NCBI GenBank assembly: GCA_965112735.1
Contig: OZ218953.1
Coordinates: forward strand, 1 to 64,000
Reading direction: 5' to 3'
DNA: 64,000 bases
Source: Phaeosaccion multiseriatum
Lineage: Eukaryota > Protista > Ochrophyta, other classes
Below are positions 16,279 through 30,739 of the stretch, in pieces (position 1 is the first letter of the stretch; every line of letters begins with the position of its first letter). The translations under genes were made by a program, and so were the position numbers. The notes below the pieces were generated by a model, which saw only the letters and a list, made by a program, of their open reading frames with translations, did not search any database and was not told the DNA's origin.

Positions 16279-18910
16279 TCAAGGCACTGAAGGCGTGGCC
16301 AAGGGCTCGAAGCGGTGCACCACCATGCGGTACTTGCCGATGCCCTGCCCCACCCTCCGCAGCCCCGCAGGCACTCGCAGCAGGTCCGAAGTGGGTGCGT
16401 CGCACGTCACCTCTCGAATGGAGGAGGGAAGCTCCAGAGCGTGGCCATACGGACCGCGTACCTGACGAGGGGGACGGGGATGAGAGAGGGGGGACGCACG
16501 GAGGGGCAGGCGGACAGCGTCACACAGAGGGCCACACAGGTCCACACAGGTCCACACAGGTCCAGGCAGTCGCTGCCCCTGCCCCACTCAGTCCCACTCA
16601 GTCCCACTCAGTCCCACTCAGTCCCACTCAGTCCCACTCAGTCCCACTCGCAGTCCGCGGTCCCGTCCTGCGTGGAGTCGAGCGCTCACCGTGAGGCGCT
16701 TGAGCGAGGCGGGCAGCTGCAGCGGTGTGCGGAAGTGGAAACCGAAGCTCGCCTCCTGCAGCCCCTCGGGCAGATGCGCCGTCTGCGCGAAGTAGTGCCC
16801 ATACGTCACCTACAGGAGAGAGAGGGTGTGTGAGTGACGGCTCAAGCATGCGGACACACAGCTCGTGCACATAGGAGGGGAGGGGAGGGGAGGGGAGGGG
16901 AGGGGAGGGGAGGGGAGGGGAAGAAAGGACAGCACAACCGCCTGCCACTGGGCCCCTGCCACTGGGCCCCCAGTGCAGCGCGTTTGGGCGAGAGGGGCAC
17001 ACACATGCGCGACGTCGTGGCTCCGCTCGCTCACTTTGTTCCTTGTCATGGGCCGTAGGTGGGGAGGGTGACGAACTGACCGAACTGATCGACCGACTCA
17101 CCTTTATTGTGGAGGTGGGGAGGGTCACGGGCTGATTGAACTCCAGGCCGAAAATGACCTCCTCCAGCCCCTCAGGAAGGCACACACTAACGTTGAAGCG
17201 CTCTCCTAAGTGCACAGGAGGACAGCGGACAGACACGGCACAAACAGGACGGTGAGGAGGGTGAGGCACAGCCGAGTACAGTGGCAGAGACAACAGCCCC
17301 TTGCTTGTACCCTTCCCCTTCCCCTGCCCCTGCCCCGGCGGTACACAGCACTCCGAGGCGGCCCTCGGCCCCTCTGCGCCGCCCGAGAGGCACGCACCGA
17401 AAATGATGTTCCGCAGCGACGCGGGCAGTTCCACGGGCATGTTGAGCTGCCCCCCCAGGCGAAGAGACACAAGCCCCGGGGGGTACTTGATGTCCCGAGA
17501 GAAGCACCTTCGGCAGGGAAGCGTGCAAGGGGGGGGGGTTCATCAATGGACCGCCCTTGCACAGAAGCCATAGAGAGAGAGAGAGAGAGAGAGAGAAGAG
17601 AGGGAAGAGAGAGAAGAGAGAGAGCACATGATGCAGCCCTCTTCGAGAGCCCCTTCTCTCCAGAGGCCTTCCTCTCTACCATGGGGGGGGCGGGCGAGAG
17701 CAAGGAGGAAGGCGTCCCCCACACACACACACTTCCTACACACCTACTACACACTTACCGGCCGAAGCTGAGGGTCTTGACAGAGGGCGGGAGGACGACT
17801 GTGGAATTGAAGGCGTGTCCAAAGATAATGGTTGACAGGCAAGACCCCTCGGAGAAGCGGACGGAGGAGTTGAAGCGCTCAGAGAAGACCACGCGCTCTG
17901 CACACCAAGGGACGAGACAGGCAGGGGATGGGCACACCGGGATGGCAGTGGATGGCAGTGGAGGGGGGGGGGGGGGGGGTTAGAAAGGGAGGGCCTCACG
18001 CGCAGGGCGGCCTCAGGCCCCCACACACTCGAGACACTCCGAAGAGAGGGCCTTACACAGTGCCCTGAGGAGGGCCTTACCCTGAGGACGGCCTTACAAA
18101 GTGCCTTGTGCCCTGTGCACTCACCGAGACTGCGCGGCAAGGTGACAGGAGTGTTGTAGCACGTGCCGAAAGTGACTTGGAGCAACCCCTCCGGCAGGAC
18201 CACTTCCTTGTTGAACGCGTACCCGAATATTAACCTGTCAAGAGAGTGCATCCAAAACGCACACAAGGTCACTCCAGTTAGTGACTGGAGTTGGAGCAGT
18301 GCATACCAAAGGCACACAAGGTCACTCCAGTTAGTGACTGGACTTGAAGCCGTAGGCAGGCCACCCCCGGTGAGGCCCCTCCCTACCCGGCTCCATTGTC
18401 TCTCCTCCCCTCACCTCCTCAGGCTCCCCGGTAGCTTCAGTCCCGCCTGATCGAAGAGGCGGCCGAAACGGAGCTCCACGAGAGAGGCGGGCAGGGGTGG
18501 GAGGGCGTGCGAAGGACAGTCTACCATATCACCGAACTCCAAAGTCGTCAGCGAGGGGGGCAGAACGAGCGCTGCAGCCACCTGGAGGGGGGTGGGGGGG
18601 CATGTTTCTGCAGCCCCCTCTCCTTGCCGCCCTCCCTCCTCCGCCTCTTCCCCTTCGCCCTCTCCCTCTGGTGGGGTCTCTGGCTCGCCCCGAGGGGGGT
18701 CGTGGCAGAAGGTGCCTATTCGCAGATGGCGAATCTGTATGTGCAGCTCCCCCTCCTGCTTCTCCTTTGTCCCCTCCTGCAGTGCGGTCAAGGCCCTTCT
18801 CAGCAGCGCGGCGTGAAGTCGTCGAGCAGTGCCCACGTGGCCCCCGTCCCCACCTCCACCCTCCTCGCACTCTCCGCGCTCGTCATGCTCGTCGCTTCTG
18901 GCGGGGGTGG

Positions 18911-18941
<31 letters not shown>

Positions 18942-19271
18942 CGAGCGAAAGGAGGGAGCAGCAGTCGGCATCAACGCGTTTGAAGGCACCCCTCGTCTGC
19001 GCGTGCGACACTCACAGGGACACGCCGCCGCTGATGGGATACGACGTTCGAGAAGCCCACGCCCACAGCAAAGACACGTGGGAGAAGGGGAATCTGCGGA
19101 CCCGCGGGCCGCAAAAGCGCCCACTTGTGCTTATCTCCTCCTCCCTCCTCCTCTTCCACCCTGCCCTCCTCCTCTTGTTGCCAGTGCTGCCGTTGCCCTC
19201 ATCGAGGCAGGCGAGCATGAGCTCTCGCAGCGCTATGCCCCTGCTGCTGCACGCGGAGAGTCCAGGGCGCC

Positions 19272-19337
<66 letters not shown>

Positions 19338-20518
19338 CGAGAATCGAGCGCATATGTCAGAGCTGGAGATGTCAAGCACAGCACACGCCACACGTCAGAG
19401 ATGTCAAGCACAGCACACGCCACACGTCAGAGATGTCAAGCACAGCACACGCCACACGTCACACGTGGCCTCACCTCCTCCCACCGCTGCCGCTGCCGCC
19501 CATCCTGCCGTCCCTGATGCCGAGAGTAGACATGGCCCCCTCCAGCTCTCGGAGGGGGGACGAGCCCCCCTGGGCCGCCCTCCGCATGGCCCTGGTAACG
19601 CACACCCTCCTCTCAGCTCTCTGTGAGCCTCCTTCGGCTCGCAGCCGCAGCCAGAGCTCACAGGCCGCCTCGTCACCGCTGCCTCCGAAGGGATCGTCAC
19701 AATCACTGTCCTCCTCGTCCTCGTCGTCGTCGTCGTCGTCCTCCTCCCCCTCGTCCTCTTCGAAAGACACTAGTGCCTCCCTGCCAACGGCATCCCCACT
19801 CACACGCCTTCTCAGGGTCATCCTGCCCCTCCCCCTCCCCAGCTCTGCCCCCCTGGTGGCTACTGCCCCTCCCCTGTAGGCCTGCCCCTTGATGCGGCGC
19901 CCCTTCTCCCTCGCCATGGCCAGCGCCACTCGAGGAGGCAAAGCGAGGCGGCGCAGGGCGTGTGCCCCGGCGGCGAATTCGCTGAGGTCGCGCATTCGAG
20001 CATCCTCGTCCTCGTTCTCGTCCTCCTCGTCGCACGTCAGTCCCCGCCCCCGCCTCCGCAGCGCAATGGCCACGAATCTGCGACGATTCGAGGCTTCATG
20101 TCGCTCTACGCGCCGCTCCGAGGCCCAGGAGAATTGCTCCAAAGCTTCCCCTTGCTCCGTGTGCTGCTGCCGCCGCCGCTGCCGCCCCTGCCGCAATACG
20201 TGGTCGTCCACCCTCCGTTCCTCCTGACCCTCTTCATGCTCGCGCGGCTTATCCGTCTCTAGCGCCTCTGGTGGGAGGGCGTGGTGACGGCCTCTGAGCA
20301 TGGCCAGCATACGCTCCTGCAAAAGTTGACGACACACGTGAGTCAACGGAATAGAAACTAAAGTCGATAGATACCCTTGACGGAGGACGGACCTGAAGGT
20401 GAGGGGTCATCTGCGTGCAAAGGTGGATCCTGCGCGGCGCCTCGAGGTCCAGGCTTCGGCACACACCCCACAATGCGCGGGGAGCACCAAACTCACGAGC
20501 CACGAGGGTCAGCACCTG

Positions 20519-20552
<34 letters not shown>

Positions 20553-20921
20553 GTTCAGGCGTCCAGAAGTCACAATAGCGAAGGAGCCACTCCTCACCTT
20601 CACACCTAGAGCATCATCACTGATTTGCTTCAGCGTGAGCGGGGGTGGCGCGGAGAGCGCACCAAGAGAGGCTTCACACGGCCTCGCCCGAGAAGCCTTC
20701 GAAACCTTCGAAGCACGAGCGGGCCCACCCTCTCCCGGGCGCTTCCCCGCCGCAGCCGCCGAGAGCGCAGATTCAAGCGTGGTCTGGGCCCCGTCTTCAA
20801 GCGTAGGGGAGGCCCCGCCTGCAGAGGTAGGAGCGCTGTGGGTGCACTCCAACCCGTCCAGCCCCCCGGTGACATGCCCCACATCATGTCCCTCCCCTCC
20901 TTGGCGACATTGCGGCAACAT
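16279..20921 (-). CDS. F-box-like + FNIP-repeat protein (multi-exon)
   Basis: Exons encode FNIP-type repeats (FGYAFNKEVVLPEGLLQVTFGTCYNTPVTLP, FGHAFNSTVVLPPSVKTLSFG, FGLEFNQPVTLP, FGRLFDQAGLKLPGSL). The N-terminal LKQISDDAL...VLTLVAREF...LWGVCRSL resembles an F-box. Confidence 0.7.
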
Positions 20922-21198
20922 CGATCAATCCCTCCCAAGTACCGTCCCTGTGTATCCCGGGAGGGAAGTGGAGCCTCCGACCCTGAATGGCTGTCGGCGA
21001 GGACTAATATATTGATGCTTTCCACATGCCTCGAGCCCGTGGGCCCACAAACTGACACTGAAACTGCAACGGCCCTCCCCCCTTCCAATACCCGTCCCTT
21101 TGCCCAACGTGCAGACGCAGAGACTCACAGATGATGGACTGACAGACTGAAAGTCAGTGACACAGTCAGGGAGACAGGCAAACAGACGCTGACTGGAG

Positions 21199-21294
21199 TC
21201 GGCCCCGGAGCCGAATCCCCCATACGCTGGAAACTGGAAACTGGCCGACTGGCGCCGGTCATAAGCAGAAACTTAGCAAGCTGTCCGGGGCCGA
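21199..21294. mobile_element. MITE (96 bp), 11-bp TIR TCGGCCCCGGA, 6-bp TSD CTGGAG
   Basis: ctggag|tcggccccgga ... tccggggccga|ctggag; TSD copies at 21193-21198 and 21295-21300. Confidence 0.8.
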
Positions 21295-21908
21295 CTGGAG
21301 GAAGGCATGGAGGAAGGCATCGAGGAAGGCATATGGGGCATCATGGGGCCGGTGGGCCGTGTCCGTGACGTGGTCACTCCCTCCCCTCGGCAGCGATGGA
21401 CGGGTGCAGAGCGGCTGCTGACGGCGGCTGCTCACCCCAGTGCCCTCCTCTGCAGGAGATGCGATGTTGAGGTGAGTGTTGATGCGTGTTATACCGTGCT
21501 CTTATTGGACGTTGTTATATCGTATGTCACACACTTCCTGCATCGATCGATCTACACATTTCCCCTCTCCTGCTGCTCTGTTCTACACCTCCCCCTGATT
21601 CGAGCTGCTCAGTTCCTTACGTTTCCTGGTCGCCGTCCCGGACCCCCCCCCCCCCTGTTCTGTAAGTCAATAAAGTTTCCCCCCTCTCCTATTCCTACTA
21701 CGAAGTAGTACGTATTGTTGAGCCCCTATAAACCAATGTATACTGATGTGTACCCATCGAATAACCAAATTCTAACCCATGATCAATAACTGACGTCGCC
21801 CCATAGTATAGGGATAAATACAGACAGGTAAATATTTAGGGACCCCAATGCCCAAGGTTTTAGGACAACAGAAGGTAAACAGCCCCCCCCCCCCAACCCC
21901 GTAGTCAC

Positions 21909-23230
21909 TTATTCCTCCATGATCTTGGGGAGGAGGTCCTCGATAACCTCTCCCTTATTGTTCATGTAGTCGAATCGGAGGGGCAGGAAGTAGTCCAGCG
22001 CCTCGGGGGCGGTGTTGATCTGGATGCCGCCGAGCAATGCAATGTTGTTCTTGACTCCCCCCGCTCCCGCCTTGACAATGTCCTGCATCAGCACGTCCTG
22101 TGAGTCGTAAATGGCAAAGGGGAGCTCCACCATGGGGTCCTCAGCGTCCGCTAGCCGCTTTCCGTGGGGGAGGATGAGCTCCTGCACCACTCCCTGCTGG
22201 AAGTCGGTGAACTGCTGAATCTTGGTGGAAATGGGAAGCCCGCCCTCCACAATGCCCTTGACATAGTTGGAGGCTGCCACCGCGCTGCCGCAGCACGTGT
22301 CCACCAGCTCAATCCCTCGGCGCTCCACCTTGCCCACCAACCCCGTGGTGGCGACACCGACGTGCGGGCCATAGACAATCTGCGTGTGTGAGGGGAGAGG
22401 CGCGCAGGATGAGATGGTGTTCATGTTCTTGCTCCCTCCTTCGCTGCTCTCGGTACACTGCCCTGCTGCTGCTTACCAGGCAAGATCCATCGTCGGGAAT
22501 ATGGGCAGCCATAGCGCCGAAGCCCGTGTTGCCTGCGAAGGGGAAGCCTGACAGCCCGCCCAGGTTAAAATTGTTTCCATACACGTTCACAAAGTCGTCC
22601 TCCAGCTGCCTGGCGAGCTCATCGCAGCACAGGGAGGTGGCCAGGAGCGTGTTGGTGTCCGTGTATCCCTTTTGGAAGGGTGGCAGGGATGGAAGGGATG
22701 GCAGGGCGGGGCAACCGTCGGAAGAAATTGGTGTTAGTCGGCGGCGTCGCTCGTCTCTGCTCTCGCTCGCCTTCGCTCTCCCTCTGTGCCTCTCCCTCCC
22801 CCCCCCCGTCTCTCTCCTCTTCACAACACATACGCACCCTTCCAAACCCACACGCGAAAGCACGCATGCGGAAGGGAAAGGAGTGATGAAGTAGTGAGTG
22901 GCCCTCACGGTGGCCCTTGGTACTGTGGCCCTCCCTCACTCACTCACTCACTCATTCACTCACTTTCGACTCCAGCACCTTCACCACGCGAGTCTCGAGC
23001 TCCTGGTTGGAGAGCGCGTTGGGGAAGATGGAAGTGATCTTTCCGTCGTACTCGGTGGGCTTGGGGGCCGATTTGAAGAGGTTGGTTACTTTCTGTAAGA
23101 CACCTGAGAGAGGAGCGTCTCCAGAAGCCGCCATTCTCAGCCTGTTCGCCGCGGGGACTGGTCGGCTGGGAAGCGTGGTGAACGCCGACGCCACGGACAG
23201 ATAAGACAGCAGCAGCAAGGGCCCCATCAT
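21909..23230 (-). CDS. Theta-class carbonic anhydrase / LCIB-LCIC family protein, plastid-targeted (3 exons, ~309 aa)
   Basis: Exons 22964-23230, 22477-22668 and 21909-22379 join in phase 0. Family motifs: LLATSLCCDE, FNLGGLSGFPFAGNTGFGAMAAHIPDDG, YGPHVG, CCGSA, LLGGIQIN (Cys/His/Cys metal ligands). The signal peptide ends VASA-FTT. Confidence 0.93.
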
Positions 23231-23568
23231 CTTGCTTGTGGAGGCTGTGCTTTCGCTCTTGATAATAGCCATAAATTCCTTGGAAAGGAAAGAGAAAGAG
23301 GAAGGAAGAAAATGGTAACATGCGCAGCGAGAAAGCCCATATGCTTTGTCTTTTCTTCTGCCCGTATGCCTACTCTCCAAATCGATTGAGCGCGAACCCT
23401 CCACTCAATACCACCGAGCAGACGCATCGGCAGCACCGGGACAGAGGACCGGGCCGCTCAGACCCACCGCTCTCAGGACAGGAGGATAGGAGAGGAGGCT
23501 GAAAAAAAAAGGAAGTCGGTGCCAGTTGTGATCTGCCCCCGGGTGAGCATGCGAGCTGCTTCCACCCT

Positions 23569-23819
23569 TCGGCTCCAGGCGAGGTTTCTCGGGCTTTAGA
23601 GGCCGTAGCCCCCTCCAGGCTTCGGGCTTCTGGCCGCAGGCCAGTGGTCAGGCTTCAGGCTTCGCAGGCTGGGAGAAAAATGGGGGACTTGTCGCTACTT
23701 TCTGGGGGACTTGTACTTTCTGCAGGCTTCTGGCCGCAGGCCAGCCGCAGGCTTCTTACTTTCGGCCGCAGGCCGCCGCAGGCTTTATCGGGGGCCCGAG
23801 AAACCTCGCCTGGAGCCGA
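23569..23819. mobile_element. MITE (251 bp), perfect 26-bp TIR, 6-bp TSD CACCCT
   Basis: TIR tcggctccaggcgaggtttctcgggc (23569-23594) and its reverse complement (23794-23819). CACCCT at 23563-23568 and 23820-23825. Internal GGCTTCTGGCCGCAGG subrepeats. Confidence 0.9.
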
Positions 23820-24467
23820 CACCCTCTCTCAGAGCTCTTTTTTTCCTCTCAACTTTTGCTTTTAGGGGGGGGGGGGTGCTCTTGGAAATGCTGACAAGTA
23901 GGGAAGGGAAATGGAGTGTTAAATTTTGTCTAAATGTCACATTTATGTATAAAGTCTTTTTAAAGCGTGCTTCTCTGCTCCTAGTCTATGCGCCGACGCC
24001 ACACCCAAAGGCCCCTCCCCCCTCTTCTATTCCCTGCCGCTCTGTGCTCTATTCCCATTTCTCCACTGCCCCCCCAGTGGCCGCCATAAGCATTCCAATA
24101 CATATCGATACCCTTTTTGATAACAAAAGGCCCCGGATATACTTTCAGAGCCCCGAGATGGCTCCGATGCCGCGTCATATCCAGATCAGAGAAGCGCCCC
24201 TTCCACAAACACCTCCACCCGAAACCAGTCCTGACCCCCACCCTCCCGCACCTGGAGCGGCAGGGTAGGAGAGAAGGCGAGAGAGAGGCAAAGGCGACCC
24301 ATCAGAGATGGGCCCCCACGGTCCTGGCCCGCCCTTGGGCAGGCCTGCCTGCCTCCCTGTCTGCCTGCCCACTCCATTCTCCGCTTTCTCTCCTCGCAAG
24401 CAGCTCGCATATGCGGGTCGGCTACACACACCCGCGCCTTCCCTCTCTCTCCAGTCCCTCTCTCTCA

Positions 24468-25271
24468 TCAACCCGAAGTGCGCTTGAGCTCTGCTGGCTG
24501 CTGGGGCATCCCGGAGGAGTGGTGGTCCACAATGGCCCAGCCCGTCTTCATTGCAGGGTCAAGTCGGTAGGTGAAGCTGTACCGCGCATTCTTGACTTTG
24601 CGGCTCGACTCGCCCTCTGGTTGCCACGAGAAAGTGTAGTAGCCGGTGTTGATGGCCACGGTTTCGGTCACCATCCGCACAAAGGGGCGGTACTTTGACA
24701 CCTGGAGGTCCGGCAGATTGGCAAAGAAGTTGAAGTACTCGAAAATCTCCTTGGGCGTGTTGCGAATCTCTTCCGACACGGTTCCCCAGAGGACACCGTC
24801 CTTTGCATACAAGCGGCTCGTCTCAATGTCGGCATTCGCCGCGCCGGACGTGACAATCCTCAGCCACTCCTCGGTGGTCCAGCGCACATCCTCCAGCGCC
24901 AGCAAGGCTCTCGCCGAGGCCGTATTGGTACGAGGCTCGGCGGCCTCTGCCGTCTCTGCCCCACTGAGCGCCATGCTGGCTGTGGCCATGCCAACTGCTG
25001 CTACCCCGACCACACTCTTCGCCAGGGCCGACTTCCTCGTGACGCCCTTCGCTCCATCACCCTCCTCCAGCTTCGTCGCCACAGGAACCACAGGAACAGC
25101 TTCTTCTGTTACTGGTACGTAAGTGGTAGTGTGAGATGCGCCAGCTGCTGTTGCTGCTTTCAAGTGCGTGGAGACAACCCGACCTGTGGGCGTGGGCACG
25201 AAGGCCTGCACCATTTGGCTGGCCAGGCCCGCCACAAGGGCCCAGCAGCACACGACGCTGGAGGATTTCAT
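24468..25271 (-). CDS. Iota-class carbonic anhydrase (COG4875 / CaMKII-association NTF2-like fold), intronless, 267 aa, tripartite plastid leader
   Basis: Motifs LYAKDGVLWGTVSEEIRNTPKEIFEYFNFF, GYYTF, ARYSFTY, WAIVDHHSSGMP. Leader: signal peptide to VQA-FVP, a transit peptide, then TRKSAL + hydrophobic stretch + AEA. Confidence 0.88.
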   Translation of the reverse strand: MKSSSVVCCWALVAGLASQMVQAFVPTPTGRVVSTHLKAATAAGASHTTTYVPVTEEAVPVVPVATKLEEGDGAKGVTRKSALAKSVVGVAAVGMATASMALSGAETAEAAEPRTNTASARALLALEDVRWTTEEWLRIVTSGAANADIETSRLYAKDGVLWGTVSEEIRNTPKEIFEYFNFFANLPDLQVSKYRPFVRMVTETVAINTGYYTFSWQPEGESSRKVKNARYSFTYRLDPAMKTGWAIVDHHSSGMPQQPAELKRTSG

Positions 25272-25428
25272 GGCGAGTGAGTGATGGTGTGAATGAATGA
25301 ACGATGAAATGAGCCTCCAGGCGAACGTGTAGGAACGCATGCGGGCAAAAACAGAAATTCCCCCCCTGGGTGCTACATCTTTTACGCAAACTGGAGCGGC
25401 TCGTTTTCTGGCCCCCGAAGTCAGCAAA

Positions 25429-25492
25429 GCCAGCCGGCACGCTAGGCCCAGCGCGCTATCGAGAAAGTGGGCGATAGTGTATCAGGGGTCGA
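25429..25492. mobile_element. Truncated end of the TCGACCCCTGA MITE family
   Basis: gcgcgctatcgagaaagtgggcgatagtgtatcaggggtcga matches the right end of the 55904-56087 element; no partner end was found. Confidence 0.75.
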
Positions 25493-25591
25493 CTACACTG
25501 GGAGGCTGCCTAGAGGCGGGCTGGAGGCCGCATAGGACTGACAAGTGAGCGGCCTAGAGCGGCCGGAGGCCGCCGGCCTAGGCCTAGCTAG

Positions 25592-25967
25592 TCGACCCCT
25601 GACACGCTATCGCTCACATTCTCGATAGCGCGCTATCGGCCGCCGGCCAATAGCGGATAGCGTGCCGGCTGGCGCCGGCCGATAGCGGATAGCGCGCCGG
25701 CTGGCGTCAGCTCTCCCCCCCCCCCCCCCCCCCGGTGCGGTAGCAGCTGACGCTGGCGATAGCGGATAGCGCGCCGGCTGGCGCCGGCGATAGCGGATAG
25801 CGAGCCGGCTGCGCGCCGGCGATAGCGGATAGCGAGCCGGCTGCGCGCCGGCGATAGCGGATAGCGAGCCGGCTGCGCCGGCGATAGCGGATAGCGCGCC
25901 GGAGATAGCGGATAGCGTGCCGGCTGGCGCCGGCGATAGCGTTAGCGGATAGCGTGTCAGGGGTCGA
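25592..25967. mobile_element. MITE (376 bp), perfect 20-bp TIR TCGACCCCTGACACGCTATC, 6-bp TSD AGCTAG
   Basis: TIRs at 25592-25611 and 25948-25967. AGCTAG at 25586-25591 and 25968-25973. Internal GATAGCG subrepeats and a poly-C tract. Confidence 0.9.
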
Positions 25968-26004
25968 AGCTAGAGCAAAACCGCTAGGCGTGCATGGGGC
26001 TGAC

Positions 26005-26220
26005 CGAAGCCAGAGCCAGAGGCGGCCTGCAGCCGAAAGCAGAAAAGCCAAAAGCCGAGAATCCAAGATGATATGGCTCGGGGCTGGGCTGGGCTGCGAC
26101 CAGCAGAAGCCAGTCACCAGCGGGAAAGAGCGAGAAGCCAGAAGCCAGAGGCGGCGTTGAAAGCCGAGAAGCCAGCAGCCAGCGCTGGCCTGGCTGCGGC
26201 CAGAAGCCCGAAGCCAGGAG
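26005..26220. repeat. Degenerate relative of the internal sequence of the 23569-23819 MITE, inverted
   Basis: ctgcggccagaagcccgaagcc (~26194-26215) and gcggcctgcagccgaaag (~26022-26039) match 23618-23639 and ~23759-23776 in reverse complement. No TIR or TSD was seen. Confidence 0.55.
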
Positions 26221-26234
26221 GGGAGGGCTCAATC

Positions 26235-29194
<2,960 letters not shown>

Positions 29195-29566
29195 AGCTAT
29201 ATATCCCCCAACACTCCTTGTCCCCCACACACGCCTAACCACCACGCCCTTCTCGTCCGGACTTCTCTCGTCCAGCCTCTAAAAGGGTAAGCTCTCAACA
29301 GCTTCCTTCCCCACCTCTTCCTCCAAAAACCAGCTGTGACTCTAGCCCCGGGGGGGGGGGGGGCATCCCACCGCGCAAGGCGACAGCAGCCAATCAGCAA
29401 GGCACGAAGCAGCTTAGGGAAGAGTAGAGGTGAATGTCCTGTGCTTTGCCGCGTTGGAGGGGGGGTGCTGCTGGTGGAAAAGGAGAAGGCATTTCTTTAC
29501 TAACGTAATTCTCTTCCTTTTCCATTTCTTTCATGTCTTGCCTCACAGCTCTATTCACGTGCAACA

Positions 29567-30335
29567 ATGCTGCGTGTGCTGGCAAGCGCAAGTCGGATGG
29601 CGGCACAGGCCGCGCCTCTCCGGCCAACAGGTGTGGTCTGTGGAGGGTTTCACAGTACATGTTGTGAGAAAGACGTCAGTCAGCTCCTCCCCTTTCTAAA
29701 GTGCCGCAACTGCTTCTTCTGCCCAACCCTTGACTCTGCTCTTCCTTGCAATGCTTGCTCTGTAGTGACTGCGACGCAGCGCTCGCTTTGGGGCGGGACG
29801 GTGCAGAAGCCCGAAGACCTGCCCGACCACATTAAGGTAATGTCGAGCCGTCCATGGCATTGCTTCTCTGTGCTCCGCCCCTGGCTTGCTTCCTCCTCCC
29901 ACACCACAAGGAAGACTGACCCGACTTTGTTGTTGCCCCTGTTGCGATAGGAGCAAATGGGCCCCGGTGTATTGGAGGCGATGCCCACTGCCCACGAGAT
30001 TGAGCACGGAAAGCCGCAGCCAGACAAGGGCCCCAATGTCGTCAAGGTAGGTTAGGGTTTCGCGAATTGCGTGTTTGCGGCCTCGGAGTGCGGCTTCCCG
30101 TCCCCTCTCTATCCGAAGCCGCGCTCGACAGGACAGAGTGGAGGACACTAAAAGTCAAACTCGCCTTGGCCCTCTTCGTAACAATACTAAATGTGTTCCG
30201 CACGCCCTCTCCTCTCAGGTCTACCTCAAGCCCTCTCTGGAGTGGTGCCTCTCCTCTCCTCCCCCCCTGCATCAGTTCGAGGAGCAGCCCATCATCGTTG
30301 AGATCGACCACCTCAAGCCCGCCGGGGAAGCATAG
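29567..30335 (+). CDS. Small (96 aa) putative mitochondrial protein, 4 exons
   Basis: Exons 29567-29630, 29766-29836, 29951-30046 and 30276-30335 give MLRVLASASRMAAQAAPLRPTVTATQRSLWGG...FEEQPIIVEIDHLKPAGEA*. The N-terminus is Arg/Ala-rich and acid-free. Confidence 0.7.
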
Positions 30336-30739
30336 GGAGGCCGGTGTTGAGTGTCGACGGGGCTGAGAGGCAACAGGGAAGGAGCAGGCCGGTGGGAGGG
30401 GCGGCGGAGCAGGGGTCGCATTGGAGCGTCAGCCTCGGCTTCGCGGCGGGGAGGAGACGCTTGTTGAGCGAGGTGCACTGTACAGGGAGACAAGTGGAGG
30501 AAGGAAGGAAGGAAGGAAGGAATAGTTGAGGTGGAGAGGGTCAGGGGAGGGGCTCGGCTCAGGGGATAAGGAGGGGCTTCCGCGCGGGAAGGGGTACTTG
30601 TATGGAGGTCAAGAGAGAGAATCCCATTCCCGAGGCGAGAGGTGAACCTTTGCAGCTCAGTCCAGTCCAGCAGGGGGGTGGGGGATCTGTGCACTTCAGC
30701 CGTTGCCATACCGCTTCGAACGGAGGGGGCGGAGAGGAG

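Noticed and set aside
25704-25753. GCGTCA and TGACGC (diatom CCRE-like motifs) inside the MITE upstream of iota-CA
   Set aside because: These hexamers are expected by chance in GC-rich DNA, and I saw no matching cluster upstream of theta-CA.
23600-26220. Inverted similarity flanking the iota-CA gene, suggesting a Pack-type transposon carrying it
   Set aside because: The left copy is the interior of a self-contained MITE with its own TIRs and TSD, and the right copy has no terminus or shared TSD.
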